Assembly (NCBI GenBank): GCA_038087875.1
Contig: CM075987.1
Span: forward strand, 25,918,001 to 25,982,000
DNA length: 64,000 nt
Direction: 5' to 3'
Origin: Malacoraja senta
Lineage: Eukaryota
A program made the translations under genes and the position numbers. Below the pieces are notes generated by a model. It was not told the DNA's origin, did no database searches, and saw nothing but the letters and a program-made list of their open reading frames with translations. Positions 46,707 to 59,066 of the stretch are shown here, piece after piece (positions within the stretch are counted from its first letter, which is position 1; every line of letters begins with the position of its first letter).

Positions 46707-47621
46707 TTTTCTTCCCCCTCCCTCCATCCACCCCTTCCTCCCTCCTGCCCCCATCCTTCCCTCTTTCCTCCCCCTCCCTCTTTCTCCACTTTCTCCTTTC
46801 CTTCCTTCATCCCCTTTCTACATTCCCTCCCCTTGTCTCTCTTTGCCTCCATCCCTCCTTTTTTCCTTTCCCTCTCTCTCTCTCTCTCTCTCTTTCCCCC
46901 CTTCCTCTCTCTCCGGCCGCCCAATGGGGAGTCTGGCGGGCATGGTGTAGCGTGGATTGGCGACGCTGGCGTTGCCGTGTGAGTTGAAGGGCAGGAGGGA
47001 GGGAGGGAGGGAGGGAGGGAGGGAGGAGCGAGGCTGCAGCGGCGGCCGGCAGCGCAGCGCTCACAGCCGGCACATAGAGCTGCTGACACCCGCCCGGCGG
47101 CTGCACATCCAACCAGAGAGAAGAGACGCGACGTCACTCACAGCCGGCAACCGACGCGCTTCCCCAGACCGTGCAGATCCCTGGCACGCGGCGCAAAGGG
47201 ACAAACTGTGCAGGGACTGAACTCAGCGCGAGAACTCGGTCATGAGCGTGAGGGCGTGAGAATTTGCTCCAAGACGTGATTCTCACGATGAAAGCGTGAG
47301 AGTTGGCAGCCCTGATTATGTCCTTTTTTTTTCCTGCAGTCATCCACTCAAGTTCTAGAAACTCATACGTGTAAGACAAAGGATGGACAGATGCATCTTT
47401 CGTGCAGTCTCACTGTCGCACAGAGTCACACCTCTTATTCCTCCACCCAGAACGCTTCTACAATATTAAATTTAAGTTATATAAGAGCTTCCAGGAATCA
47501 AAGTATCCAAAGACCGACAACAGATCGACACAAAATGCCGGAATAACTCAGCGGGACAGGCAGCATCTCTGGAGAGAAGGATAGGTGATGTTTCGGGTCG
47601 AGACCCTTCTTCAGACTGAAT

Positions 47622-47625
<4 letters not shown>

Positions 47626-47673
<48 letters not shown>
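47626..47673. repeat. Poly-G tract inside a Penelope-like fragment
   Basis: Uninterrupted run of roughly 48 G. Confidence 0.95.
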
Positions 47674-47674
<1 letters not shown>

Positions 47675-49286
47675 GGGAGATACAGAGATAAGGAAATGTA
47701 AGGTGTGAAAATGAGACAAAGTGGATGGAGATCAAGGAAAATGTAAAATAGATCATTCTGGCGAGGAGAAGTTAACAACAAAGCAAGCAGAGGTGTAATG
47801 TAAACAAGGACAGTCAGACTGGTCGGAGAACTGGAAGGGGGAGGGATGGAGTGAAAGATACAGCGTGGAAACCAGCTCTTTGTCCTACTGAGTCCATGCC
47901 GACCAGTGATCTCCGGTACGCTAGTTCTACCTTACACGCCAGGGACAATTTTACCGAAGCTAATTATCCTAGAAACCAGAGCACCCGGAGAAAACCCACG
48001 CTGTCACAGGCAGAACGTACAAACTCCGTACAGACAGCACCCGTAGTCAGGATCGAACCCGGGTCTCTGGCGCTGTGAGGCAGCAACTCTACCGCTGCGC
48101 CACCGTGCCGATGTAAGGTGATATTTTAACGTAATAATTACTTGAGATTGGTTCATGTTGAGTTGTAAGATCAATTTAATTACATGTGTAAAATATGGTA
48201 AATCCACGGGCAGAAGGTACAAACTCCGTACAGACAGCAGCCATAGTCAGGATCGAACCCGGGTCTCTGGCGCTGGAAGGCAGCGACTCTACCACCACGC
48301 CACTGTGCCACCCTGCATTAAAGAATACGGCAATGTAGTGACTAACCTGTGCACAGGGCAGTAAAAGTTGGTCACGGTATAAATATTGTCCAGAAAATGA
48401 AGGCATTTTGCAAAAAGTCCCAAGGATTGTCTACCTAAGTGGGTATACAGTACGTGGCTTCAGTTTAACACCTTGTTCAGCAGAAGTCAGCTCAGACCAC
48501 TGCACTGCCCAGATTATGTTCTCAAATCCCTCGAGTGTGGGATGGGTCGATGATGTTCTCACGCTGAGACCACCATTGAACTGTGGCTACCAACGCCTAT
48601 GTACAAAGAATGAAATGAACTGTGTTGTACTTTAATCCTATCACGCTCAGCTAAGCCCTGCAAAATAAAAAAAAATGACAAATGAAGAGCGCGTTGGAAA
48701 GAATTAATCCAGCAAGCGGTTTCTCAATTGGAATAAATGTGTTGCACACATCACTGTGTTGAAAAATAAAGCTGGAGCCATCAGTGCATAAAAGTCCCAA
48801 ATACTCTTGGAAGAGTCATCTGTCTGTAAGTCAACAATTGATAACCTTGCTGCAGGGTTTGTAACAATTGAATAATTTTCTCAAATTAGCAATGTACTGA
48901 AATGTATTCTCAAAATACACAGTCCATTTATTTTATTCAATGTCGCCCCTCACTGCCGCAACAAAACATCTTAGGACACAAAGTGCTGGAGAAACTCAGC
49001 GGGTGCAGCAGCATCTATGGAGCGAAGGAGATAGGCCAATGTTTCAGACTGACAGTCCTCAGTTCCCCACAATCCTCAATACTTCTCAAGGGGTTGAAGG
49101 AGAAGAGAAATAAAGACACAAGGTTAACATTTTTTAAATTGAAACTATTTTTCAACCAGAAGTCAGTCAAAGCAACCAGGTGCGGGGATGAAGGGGCAAG
49201 AACAGAAGAGTTCTGGTTCATCTGACGTTTACGGAGAGTAGAATGTAAAAGGGACTGTGTCTTCCCAGCTGTTATCTGACAACTTA

Positions 49287-49605
49287 GGGCGGCACGGTGG
49301 CACTGTGGTAGAGTTGCTGCCTTACAGCGCCAGAGACCCGGGTTTGATCCTGACTACGGGCGCTGTCTGTAAGGAGTTTGTATGTTCTCCCTGTGACCTG
49401 CCTGGCTTTTCCCTGGGTGCTCAGGTTTCCTCCCACACTCCAAAGACGTACAGGTTTGTAAGTTAATTGGCTTGGTATAAATGTAAATTGTCCCCAGTGT
49501 GTGTGTAGGGTAGTGGTAGTGTGCGGGGATCGCTGGTCGGCGCGGACTCGGTGGGCCGAAGGGCCCGTTTCCGTGCTGTATCTCTAAACTAAACTAAGTT
49601 AAACT
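49287..49605 (+). mobile_element. Full-length HE1/V-type tRNA SINE inserted in a Rex/Babar 3' end
   Basis: GGGCGGCACGGTGGC start, B box, central domain, (CTAAA)n tail. Confidence 0.85.
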
Positions 49606-51988
49606 GAACTATCCTACCAACAACTAGATAGCAGTCCTGAACTATTATCTATCTCATTGGAGACCCTTGGATTATCTCTGATCGGACTTTATCTTGTACT
49701 AAATATTATTCACATTGTTCCCATTACCATGTGGATTGCTCGAGTGTAATCATGTGTAGTCTTCCCGCTGACTGGTTAGCGAGCAACACAAGCTTCTCAC
49801 TGTACCTTGGTACACGTGACAATAAACTAAACTCAATCTCAAACTCAGGACTGCATTGGACTTGTCAAGTCTCGAGGTAATACATTTAATCCAGGCTCTG
49901 ATCTGATTAAAAATACTTAATTGAAAATTTCTTCATTAAAAAACAATTAAATCTGGGGAAGTTAATTAAGCACAAGTCTTTTGGAAGCCCAAGGACTGGA
50001 ATGTAAAGTGCTAAAATGATGAACTAGAGTTCTTTGTGGTCATGACGTTGAGATTCATGTTAGTTTATTGTCATGTACACCAGGGTGCAATGAAATGTTG
50101 TGTTCAATTAAGCTCTGAGAGAAACCAGTAGACATACAGAATTGTATAGGAAGGAACTGCAGGTGCTGGTTTACACTGAAGATAGACACAAAAAGCTGCA
50201 GTAACTCAGCGGGCTTTAAGAATAAGGGGTAGGCCATGTAGGACTAAGATGAGGAAAAACATTTTCATCAAGAGAGTTGTGAATCTGTGGAATTCTCTGC
50301 CAAACCTACAAACATGTACGTCTTTGGAGTGTGGGAGGAAACTGAAGTTCTCGGAGAAAACCCACGCAGGTCACAGGGAGAACGTTCAAACCCCATACAG
50401 ACAGCACCCGTAGTCGGGATCGAATCCTGAAACACTTCATTCTGGATTATAGAGTCATAGAGTCATATAGTGTGGAAACAGGCTCTTTGGCCCAACTTGA
50501 CCACACCGGCCAACATGCACCAGCTACACTAATCCTACCTGCAACCGTGTTTGGTCCATATCCCTCCAAACCTGTCCTATCCATGTACCTGTCTAACTGT
50601 TTCTTAATGATGGGATAGTCGCAGCCTCAACTACCTCCTCCGGCAGCTTGTTCCATACACCCACCACCCTTGGTGTGAAAAAGTTACGAAAAAGTGTGAA
50701 AAGCTTCGCTTTGAACCTATGTCCACCAGTCCTCGATTCACCTACTCTGGGCAAGACACCGTGCATCTACCTGATCTATTCCTCTCATGATGTTGTACAC
50801 CTCTTTAAGATCAGCCCTCATCCTCCTGTGCTCCAAGGAATAGAGACCCAGCCTACTCAACCTCTCCCTATAGCTCACACCTTCTAGTCCTGGCAACAGC
50901 CTCATAAATCTTTTCTGAACTCTTTCAAGCTTGATAATATCAATAGACAATAGACAATAGACAATAGACAATAGGTGCAGGAGTAGGCCATTCGGCCCTT
51001 TGAGCCAGCACCGTCATTCAATGTGATCATGGCTGATCATCCCCAATCAGTACCCCGTTCCTGCCTTCTCCCCATATCCACTGACTCCGCTATTTTTAAG
51101 AGCCCTATCTAGCTCTCTCTTGAAAGCATCCAGAGAACCTGCCTCCACCGCCCTCTGAGGCAGAGAATTCCACAGACTCACCACTCTCTGTGAGAAAAAG
51201 TGTTTCCTCGTCCCCCTTCTAAATAGCTCACTCCTTATTCTTAAACTGTGGCCCCTGGTTCTGGAATCTGGTATCTTTCCTATAACATGGTGCCCAGAAC
51301 TGAACACAATATTCTAAATGCGGTAATGGGCTAACTTTGCATGGCACTTCAAGCACCAGTGGAGTAAGTTCATCCAACTAAGCGAGCCTCCCCATTAAGT
51401 GACCTTATGTCTTGGTGCTTGGGCTGAGGTTTTTATCAATTAATCCTGACATTTGGGAAACGAGCTGGTTGCATCAGCAGGTTTACTTGTACAACATTCA
51501 AACTGTTGAACTTAACAAGTCATTTGAGATGCCTTTGGAATAACATGTGTTCGATGTCACTAAAAGCAGAAATCACAGCCATTATGTAGTTTAATGTCAC
51601 CCTGAAGGAAACTGCCATTAAACAATGTCCAGGAATTTAAGCAGGTAAAAGGCCAGACTTATTTTTGTCATTCTCTCAGCATCTAGCACTGGAAAATTAA
51701 TGATAATATTCACAATGACTTATTTTTTTAAGCGATACAGCGTGGAAACAGGACCTTCGGCCCACCGAGACCGCACCGACCAGCGATCCCCGCACACTAA
51801 CACTATTCTACACACAATTTACAATTTTACCAAGCTGATTAGCCTACAAACCTGTGCGTCCATGGAGTGTCGGGGGAAACCGAAGATCTCAGAGAAAACC
51901 CACGCAGGTCAAGGGGAGAAGGTATAATCTCCGTACAGACAGCACCCGTAGTCGGGATCAAACATCTCTGATTCTGTAAGTGCTGCGA

Positions 51989-53335
51989 TGGGCCTGTACC
52001 ACTTAGGCGATTTTTTTGGCGACTGTCATAGTCGTAGCAGGTCGCCGAAAAAACGGTGACTGGACCCCCCCCCGACGACAATGTCTACAACAACCTACCA
52101 CCTAGTCGACGTCAAGCTACCGACAACCGGCGACCCATTAGGACGTCCACCTATGACCACACCTACGACAACCTACGTCCACCCGCGACAAACTACGACA
52201 AGGTAAGGCTATTCAATCGGCGGTACCTGTTGCCGGTCGACGTAGGTTGACGTAGGTAGTCGCCAATGGAATTCACCGAAGTCAGCACCGGTGACAACCT
52301 GCGTCATCCTGGTGACAACCTACGTCAAGCCAACTGTCGCCGAAAAGTTTAGAACATTTCAAAATCCAGCGGCAACCAGAAAAACACTATGATTCTTTGG
52401 GTGACTGAGGAGACAACTCACGACCATAAATGTGATAAATGTGGATAAATGTGAGGTTATCCACTTTGGTGGCAAAAACTGGAAGGCAGACTATTATCTA
52501 AATGGTGGCCGATTAGGAAATGGGGAGATGCAGCGAGACCTGGGTGTCATGGTACACCAGTCATTGAAAGTAGGCATGCAGGTGCAGCAGGCAGTGAAGA
52601 AAGCGAATGGTATGTTGGCCTTCATAGCAAGAGGATTTGAGTATAGGAGCAGGGAGGTTCTACTGCAGTTGTACAGGGTCTTGGTGAGGCCACACCTGGA
52701 GTATTGCGTACAGTTTTGGTCTCCAAATCTGAGGAAGGGCATTATAGCCATAGAGGGAGTGCAGAGAAGGTTCACCAGACTGATTCCTGGGATGTCAGGA
52801 CTTTCATATGAAGAAAGACTGGATAGACTTGGCTTATACTCGCTAGAATTTAGGAGATTGAGAGGGGATCTTATAGAAACGTACAAAATTCTTATGGGGT
52901 TGGACAGGCTAGATGCAGGAAGATTGTTCCCGATGTTGGGGAAGTCCAAGACAAGGGGTCACAGCTTAAGGATAAGGGGGAAATCCTTTAAGACCGAGAT
53001 GAGGAAAAACTTTTTCACACAGAGAGTGGTGAATCTCTGGAACTCTCTGCCACAGAGGGTAGTTGAGGCCAGTTCATTGGCTGTATTTAAGAGGGAGTTA
53101 GATGTGGCCCTTGTGGCTAAAGGGATCAGGGGGTATGGAGAGAAGGCAGGTACGGGATACTGAGTTGGATGATCAGCCATGATCATATTGAATGGCGGTG
53201 CAGGCTCAAAGGGCCGAATGGCCTACTCCTGCACCTAATTTCTATGTATCTATGTATCTATGTATACAGGCGACACCCCGGTGACCATTTGGGGACAGTC
53301 TAGTCGCCTGTAGTCGCCTAAAAGGGACGGGGGCA
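51989..53335. mobile_element. Harbinger-like MITE split by a young CR1
   Basis: GGGCCTGTACCACTTAGGCGA..TCGCCTAAAAGGGACGGGG; internal gacaacctac repeats; related to 33783-33974. Confidence 0.65.
52432..53265 (+). mobile_element. Young 5'-truncated CR1 LINE, uninterrupted 243-aa ORF2 C-terminus
   Basis: NVDKCEVIHFG, RDLGV, LVRPHLEYCVQFWSP, RVVNLWNSLPQ; (TATCTATG)n tail; near-identical copies at 53650-53970 and 58232-58770. Confidence 0.95.
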
Positions 53336-55144
53336 TAAGGCAGCAATTGTACCGCTGTGCCACCGTGCCACCCAGATTGAAAATTGATTGAAAGATACAG
53401 CATAGGAACAGGCCCGTCATCCCACTAAGTCCACACCGGCCATCGATCACCGTTCACGTTAGTTTTACGCTATCTCTATTCCACATCCGCTCCCTACATT
53501 CTCGGGGTAATTTACAGAGGCCAATTAACCTACAAATATTTTGGGATTAGGGCGGAAACCGGAGCGCCAGGAGGAATCCCACGAGGAGAACGGGCAAACT
53601 CCGCACAGACAGCAGCCAAAGTCAGGATCAAAGTCGGGTCTCTGGCGCTAGTCCGGGACAAGGGGTCACAGCTTAAGGATAAGGGGGAAATCCTTTAAGA
53701 CCGAGATGAGGAAAAACTTTTTCACACAGAGAGTGGTGAATCTCTGGAACTCTCTGCCACAGAGGGTAGTTGAGGCCAGTTCATTGGCTATATTTAAGAG
53801 GGAGTTAGATGTGGCCCTTATGGCTAAGGGGTACAGGGGGTATGGAGAGAAGGCAGGTACGGGATACTGAGTTGGATGATCAGCCATGATAATATTGAAT
53901 GGCGGTGCAGGCTCGAAGGGCCGAATGGCCTACTCCTGCACCTATTTTCTATGTATCTATGTATCTATGCTATGAGGTAACAGTTCGACCAGCTGCACCA
54001 GTGTGTTGCCTTCTGCATCAAAAATACTCATAATGCACAAATATTTCTACAGAGCCAGGCTTATACTTCATGCTAAAGATAGACACAAAGTGCTGGAATA
54101 ACTCAGTGGGTCAGGCAGCATCTCTGGAGAACATGGCCAGGGTGCATTTCAGATCAGGACCTTTCTTCAGACTGAAGATTCTTGTCCTTGGGCAGCACGG
54201 TGGAGCAGCGGTAGAGTTGATGCCTTACAGCGCCAGAGACCCGGGTTCAATCCTGACCATGGGGGCTGTCTGTACGGAGTTTGTATGTTCTCCCCGTGAC
54301 CTGCGTGGGTTTTATCTGGGAGCTCTGGTTTCATCCCACACTACAAAGACACACAGGTTTGTTGGATAAATGTCCTTAGTGCGTGTAGGATAGTTTATGT
54401 GTGTGGGGGTCGCTGGTCGGCACGGACTCGGTGGGCCGAAGGGCCTGTTTCTGCTCTATATCTCTAAACGCAAAACTAAACTAAAGGGTTCCCGACCCGA
54501 AACGTCACCTATCCAAGTTGTCCGGAGATGCTGCCTGACCCGCTGAGTTACTCCAGCACCCTGTGTCTATCTTTGGTGTAAACCAGCATCTGCAGTTCAT
54601 TTTTTATTACATTTCAAACACTTTGCACTTCTTCGGTAGCCGGTTGTGCCTTTTGGGACGTGGCAATTCGAGCCTGGAGCACTTTTCCTTCCGACGCTGC
54701 GTGATATTGTATTTTATTTTAAATTATTTCGTCAACTGTTCGATGAGCCGACACTGGAGATTTGATTACTCACTGCCAGGCCAATCAAACCCTCAACGAA
54801 ACTCCAGCTCTCGAGAAGCTGAGATATCACAGCATGCCACTTTCCCATTAAGAGCAGAGTATTGGAAAAGTACCTGAGTAACTCATTCACACAAAGGAAT
54901 TAAATTGCAATGCCTGAGAAATTAGATGATCATTTAGTTCAACATTGATCACGCACACTGATTCTAAGACTTCCAAGAATCGATCTTTTGCTTTGACTTT
55001 CTGCGATAGAAATAGTTTGCATTCAGTTTCAAGTGTCTTTAAATGAACCTTAAGTAAGTTATGGGAAATATCACACCACCTTGAAATTTGTAATTATAGG
55101 AATGATAAGTTCAATACGCTGCAGCCTGGGATGATGGAGTTGTG

Positions 55145-55720
55145 ATAGGAGCAGAATTAGGCCATTCGGCCCATCAAGTTTACCCTGCCATTCAATCATG
55201 CCTGATCTATCTCTCCCTCTCAACCCCATTCTCCTGCCTTCTCCCCATAACCTCTGACACCCATACTAATCAAAAATGTATCCATCTCTGCCTTAAAAAT
55301 ATCCACTGACTTGGCCTCCACTGCCTACTGTGGCAAAGAATTCCACAGATTCACTGCCTTCTAACTAAAGGAATTCCTTCTTATATCCTTCCTAAAGGAA
55401 CATCCTTTTATTCTGAGGCTGTGACCTCTAGTCCTAGACTCTCCCACTAGTGGAAACATCCTCTCCACATCCACTCTATCACATCCAGTCTTTTCACTAT
55501 TCGGTAAGTTTCAACTCATCCTTCTAAACTCCAGCGAGTACAGGCCCAGTACCGTCAAACGCTCATCGTACGTTAACCTACTCATTCCTGGGATCATTCT
55601 TGTAAATCTCCTCTGGACCCTCTCCAGAGCCAGCACATCCTTCCTCAGATATGGGGCCCAAAACTGCTCACAATACTCCAAATGCAGTCTAACCAGTGCT
55701 CTTATAAAGCCTCAGTATTA
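55145..55720 (-). mobile_element. CR1 LINE 3' fragment
   Basis: Same family as 32992-33495. Confidence 0.88.
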
Positions 55721-56289
55721 CTTCCCTGTTGTGAAGCAAGGTTGAAATAGAGTGATTCAGTGTGAAAACAGGCCCATCGGCCAAACTTACCCACACCAGC
55801 CAACATGTCTCAAACATATTAGTTCCACCTGCCTGCATTTGGTCCATAACCCTCCAAACCTGTCCTATCCATGTACCTGTCTGTTTTTTAAATGTCGGGA
55901 TAGTTCCTGCCTCAACCACCTCCTCTGACAGCTTCTATTCACCCACCACCCATTTGGGTGAAAAGGTTACACCTCAGGTTCCTATTAAATCTTTCCCCCT
56001 TCACCTTAAACCTATGTCCTCTAGTCTTCGATTGACCTACTCTGGGCAAAAGGCTCTGTGCATCTACCCGATCTATTCCTCTCATGATTTTATACACCTC
56101 TGTATGATCACCCCTCATCCTCCTGCGCTCCATGGAAGAGGTTGAGTCCCAGCCTACTCAACCTCTCCCTATAGCTCAGACCCTCTAGCCCTGGCAACAT
56201 CCTCGTAAATAGACTCAAAATTCTGGAGGTACTCAGCGGGACAGGCAGCATCTCTGGAGAGAAGGAATGGGTTGAGACTCGTAAATATT

Positions 56290-57032
56290 GAATCCATTTT
56301 TGCCACCTCCAACGGGATCCTACTACTAGCCACGTTTTCCCATCTCCACCCCTTCCTACTTTCCGCAGAGACCGTTCCCTCTGCAACTCCCTGGTCAACG
56401 CGTCCCTTCCCACCCAAACCACCCCCTCCCCAGGTACTTTCCCCTACAACCTCAGGAGATGCAACACCTGTCCCTATACCTCCCCCCTCGACTCCATCCA
56501 AGGACCCCGGCAGTCTTTCCAGGTGAGGCAGAGGTTCACTTGCACCTCCAACAACCTCATCTACTGTATCCACTGTTCCAGGTGTGGACTCCTGTACATC
56601 GGCGAGACCAAGCGCAGGCTCGGCGATCGTTTCACCAAATACGTCCGCTCAGTCCACCTAAACCTACCTGATCTCCCGGTTTCCCCCTCCCTTTCCCACA
56701 CAGACCTTTCTGTCCTGGGCCTCCTCCATTGTCAGAGTGAGGCCCAGCGCAAATTGGAGGAACAGCACCTCATATTTCACTTGGGCAGCTTACACCCCAG
56801 CGGTATGAACAGTGACTTCTCCAACTTCAAGTAACCCTTGCTTTCCCTCTCTCTCCATCCCCTCCCCCTTCCCAGTTCTCCCACCAGTCTTACTGTCTAC
56901 GACTACATTCTATCTCTGTCCCGCCCCCTCCCCTGACATCAGTCTGAAGAAGGGTCTCGACCCGAAACATCACCCTTTCCTTCTCTCCAGAGATGCTGCC
57001 TGTCCCGCTGAGTTACTCCAGCATTCTGTGTC
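56290..57032 (+). mobile_element. Penelope-like element 3' part with GIY-YIG endonuclease and hammerhead-like motif
   Basis: FTCTSNNLIYCIHCSRCGLLYIGETKRRLGDRF..RKLEEQHLIF..GMN; CTGAAGA-AGGGTCTCGACCC-GAAAC at 56944; inverted segment at 56215-56270. Confidence 0.92.
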
Positions 57033-58173
57033 TTTCTGAGATTTTACTAAAGTGTGTGTGATTTTGAACGGGATTAACAGGTTGGATGCTGAGAGGAGAT
57101 TTTTCCTCACGTGAATACCTAAAACTACAGGGCAGAGTTTCGATATGAGGGAAAACCCGCGGAGATTGAGAGGTTGTGTTGTGGACAGCTTGCCCATTGG
57201 AAAGAGTTCTGAGCAAAAATGTACTTCATGCCTTCAGCTTTCTTTATGAAACAGAACCTTATGGCCAGAGCCTATTGCAGAATAATAAGACCATTCATAA
57301 ACATTGCATTTAAATCAATTGTACATCTTGCCAAAGATCGCAACTAATGACAAAACTCTAAAGATGATCAATAACAGCTTGTTACAACCCAGACTGTGGA
57401 AAATGACATAAAGTTTTCAATAACTTAATATTTGTTTTAATAAAAATTAAAATACAGGCAACACATTTCTTTATAAATAGCAAGAGTAAAAAAAAATCGT
57501 AAATATTATCTGATCAATCTGTAATTAAAAATGGGAATAATTTATTATTCCAGCTTCAGAGTATGAAATGATTCATAAGGCTATTATGAAAGCTATAATT
57601 TAATGATAGATGTTTTAGCATTCATATGGCTTGCCATATTATTGTTCTAAATTTAACCAATGTTGCTAATTACATTGATATAGATTAGGATGAATGCCCC
57701 CTAATAAGAATTTCTGAATCACTTTCTGTTAATTTTCTTGCTACGGTATATGTCAGAAGGATAGATATTATAGGTAGAAATTGCAGGACAGATATTATTG
57801 AGGTCCAAAGTCGGCAGACACTGCAATTGAAAGTTAAAAACAAAAACTTCACCCTCTGTTTAAATGCATGGGCTGCAGGAAGGAATATTAGAATAAGCAT
57901 TCAAGATCAATAACTTTGGCGGTGCAGAATGGGGAAAGTAGCAACCGATATTTGGTGATACGGTGGCGCAGCGGTAGAGAGGCTACCTTCAAGGCACCAG
58001 AGACCCAGGTTCGATCCCGACAACAGGTGCTGCCTGTACAGAGTTTGTACGTTCTCCACGTGACCTGCGTGGGTTTTCTCCGGGTGCTCCGGTTTCCTCC
58101 CACACTCTAAAGACGTGCAGGTTTGTAGGTTAATTGACTTCGGTAAAATTGTAAGTTGTTCCAAGTGCGTAGG

Positions 58174-59066
58174 TAATAATAATAATGGATGGGATTTATA
58201 TAGCGCCTTTCTAATACTCAAGGCGCTTTACATAGAAACATAGAAACATAGAAATTAGGTGCAGGAGTAGGCCATTCGGCCCTTCGAGCCTGCACCGCCA
58301 TTCAATATGATCATGGCTGATCATCCAACTCAGTATCCCGTACCTGCCTTCTCTCCATACCCTCTGATCCCTTTAGCCACAAGGGCCACATCTAACTCCC
58401 TCTTAAATATAGCCAATGAACTGGCCTCGACTACCCTCTGTGGCAGAGAGTTCCAGAGATCCACCACTCTCTGTGCGAAAAAAGTTCTTCTCATCTCGGT
58501 TTTAAAGGATTTCCCCCTTATCCTTAAGCTGTGACCCCTTGTCCTGGACTTCCCGAACATCGGGAGCAATCTTCCTGCATCTAGCCTGTCCAACCCCTTA
58601 AGAATTTTGTAAGTTTCTATAAGATCCCCCCTCAATCTTCTAAATTCTAGCGAGTATAAACCAAGTCTATCTAGTCTTTCTTCATAAGACAGTCCTGACA
58701 TCCCAGGAATCAGTCTGGTGAACCTTCTCTGCACTCCCTCTATGGCAATAATGTCCTTCCTCAGATTTGGAATTTACATCGCATTATTCATTCACTCCTC
58801 AGTCACACTCGGTGGTGGTGAGCTACTTCTGTAGCCACAGCTGCCCTGGGGCAGACTGACGGAAGCGTGGCTGCTAATCTGCGCCTACGGCCCCTCCGAC
58901 CACCACCAATCACTCACACACATTCACACACATTCACACGCAGGCAAAGGTGGGTGAAGTGTCTTGCCCAAGGACACAACGACAGTATGCACTCCAAGCG
59001 GGATTCGAACCGGCTACCTTCCGGTTGCCAGCCGAACACTTAGCCCATTGCGCCATCTGTCGCCCG
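58174..59066 (-). mobile_element. tRNA-CORE SINE with L2-type tail, interrupted by CR1 (58232-58770), itself inside an HE1-type SINE
   Basis: A box TGGCGCAATGG, B box GGTTCGAATCCC, CORE gtgtccttgggcaagacacttcaccc, tail aagcgccttgag..aaaggcgctatataaat..(ATT)n. Confidence 0.8.

Noticed and set aside
45657..47137. Long Cys/Val- and Thr/His-rich ORFs
   Set aside because: Translations of the CA-based satellite
48440..48657. Strong minus-strand acceptor near 48658
   Set aside because: No good donor and stops in all frames. A non-coding exon cannot be excluded
54774..54873. Open 100-nt minus-strand segment ending at GCA|GTGAGT
   Set aside because: Weak acceptor tract and unrecognised peptide
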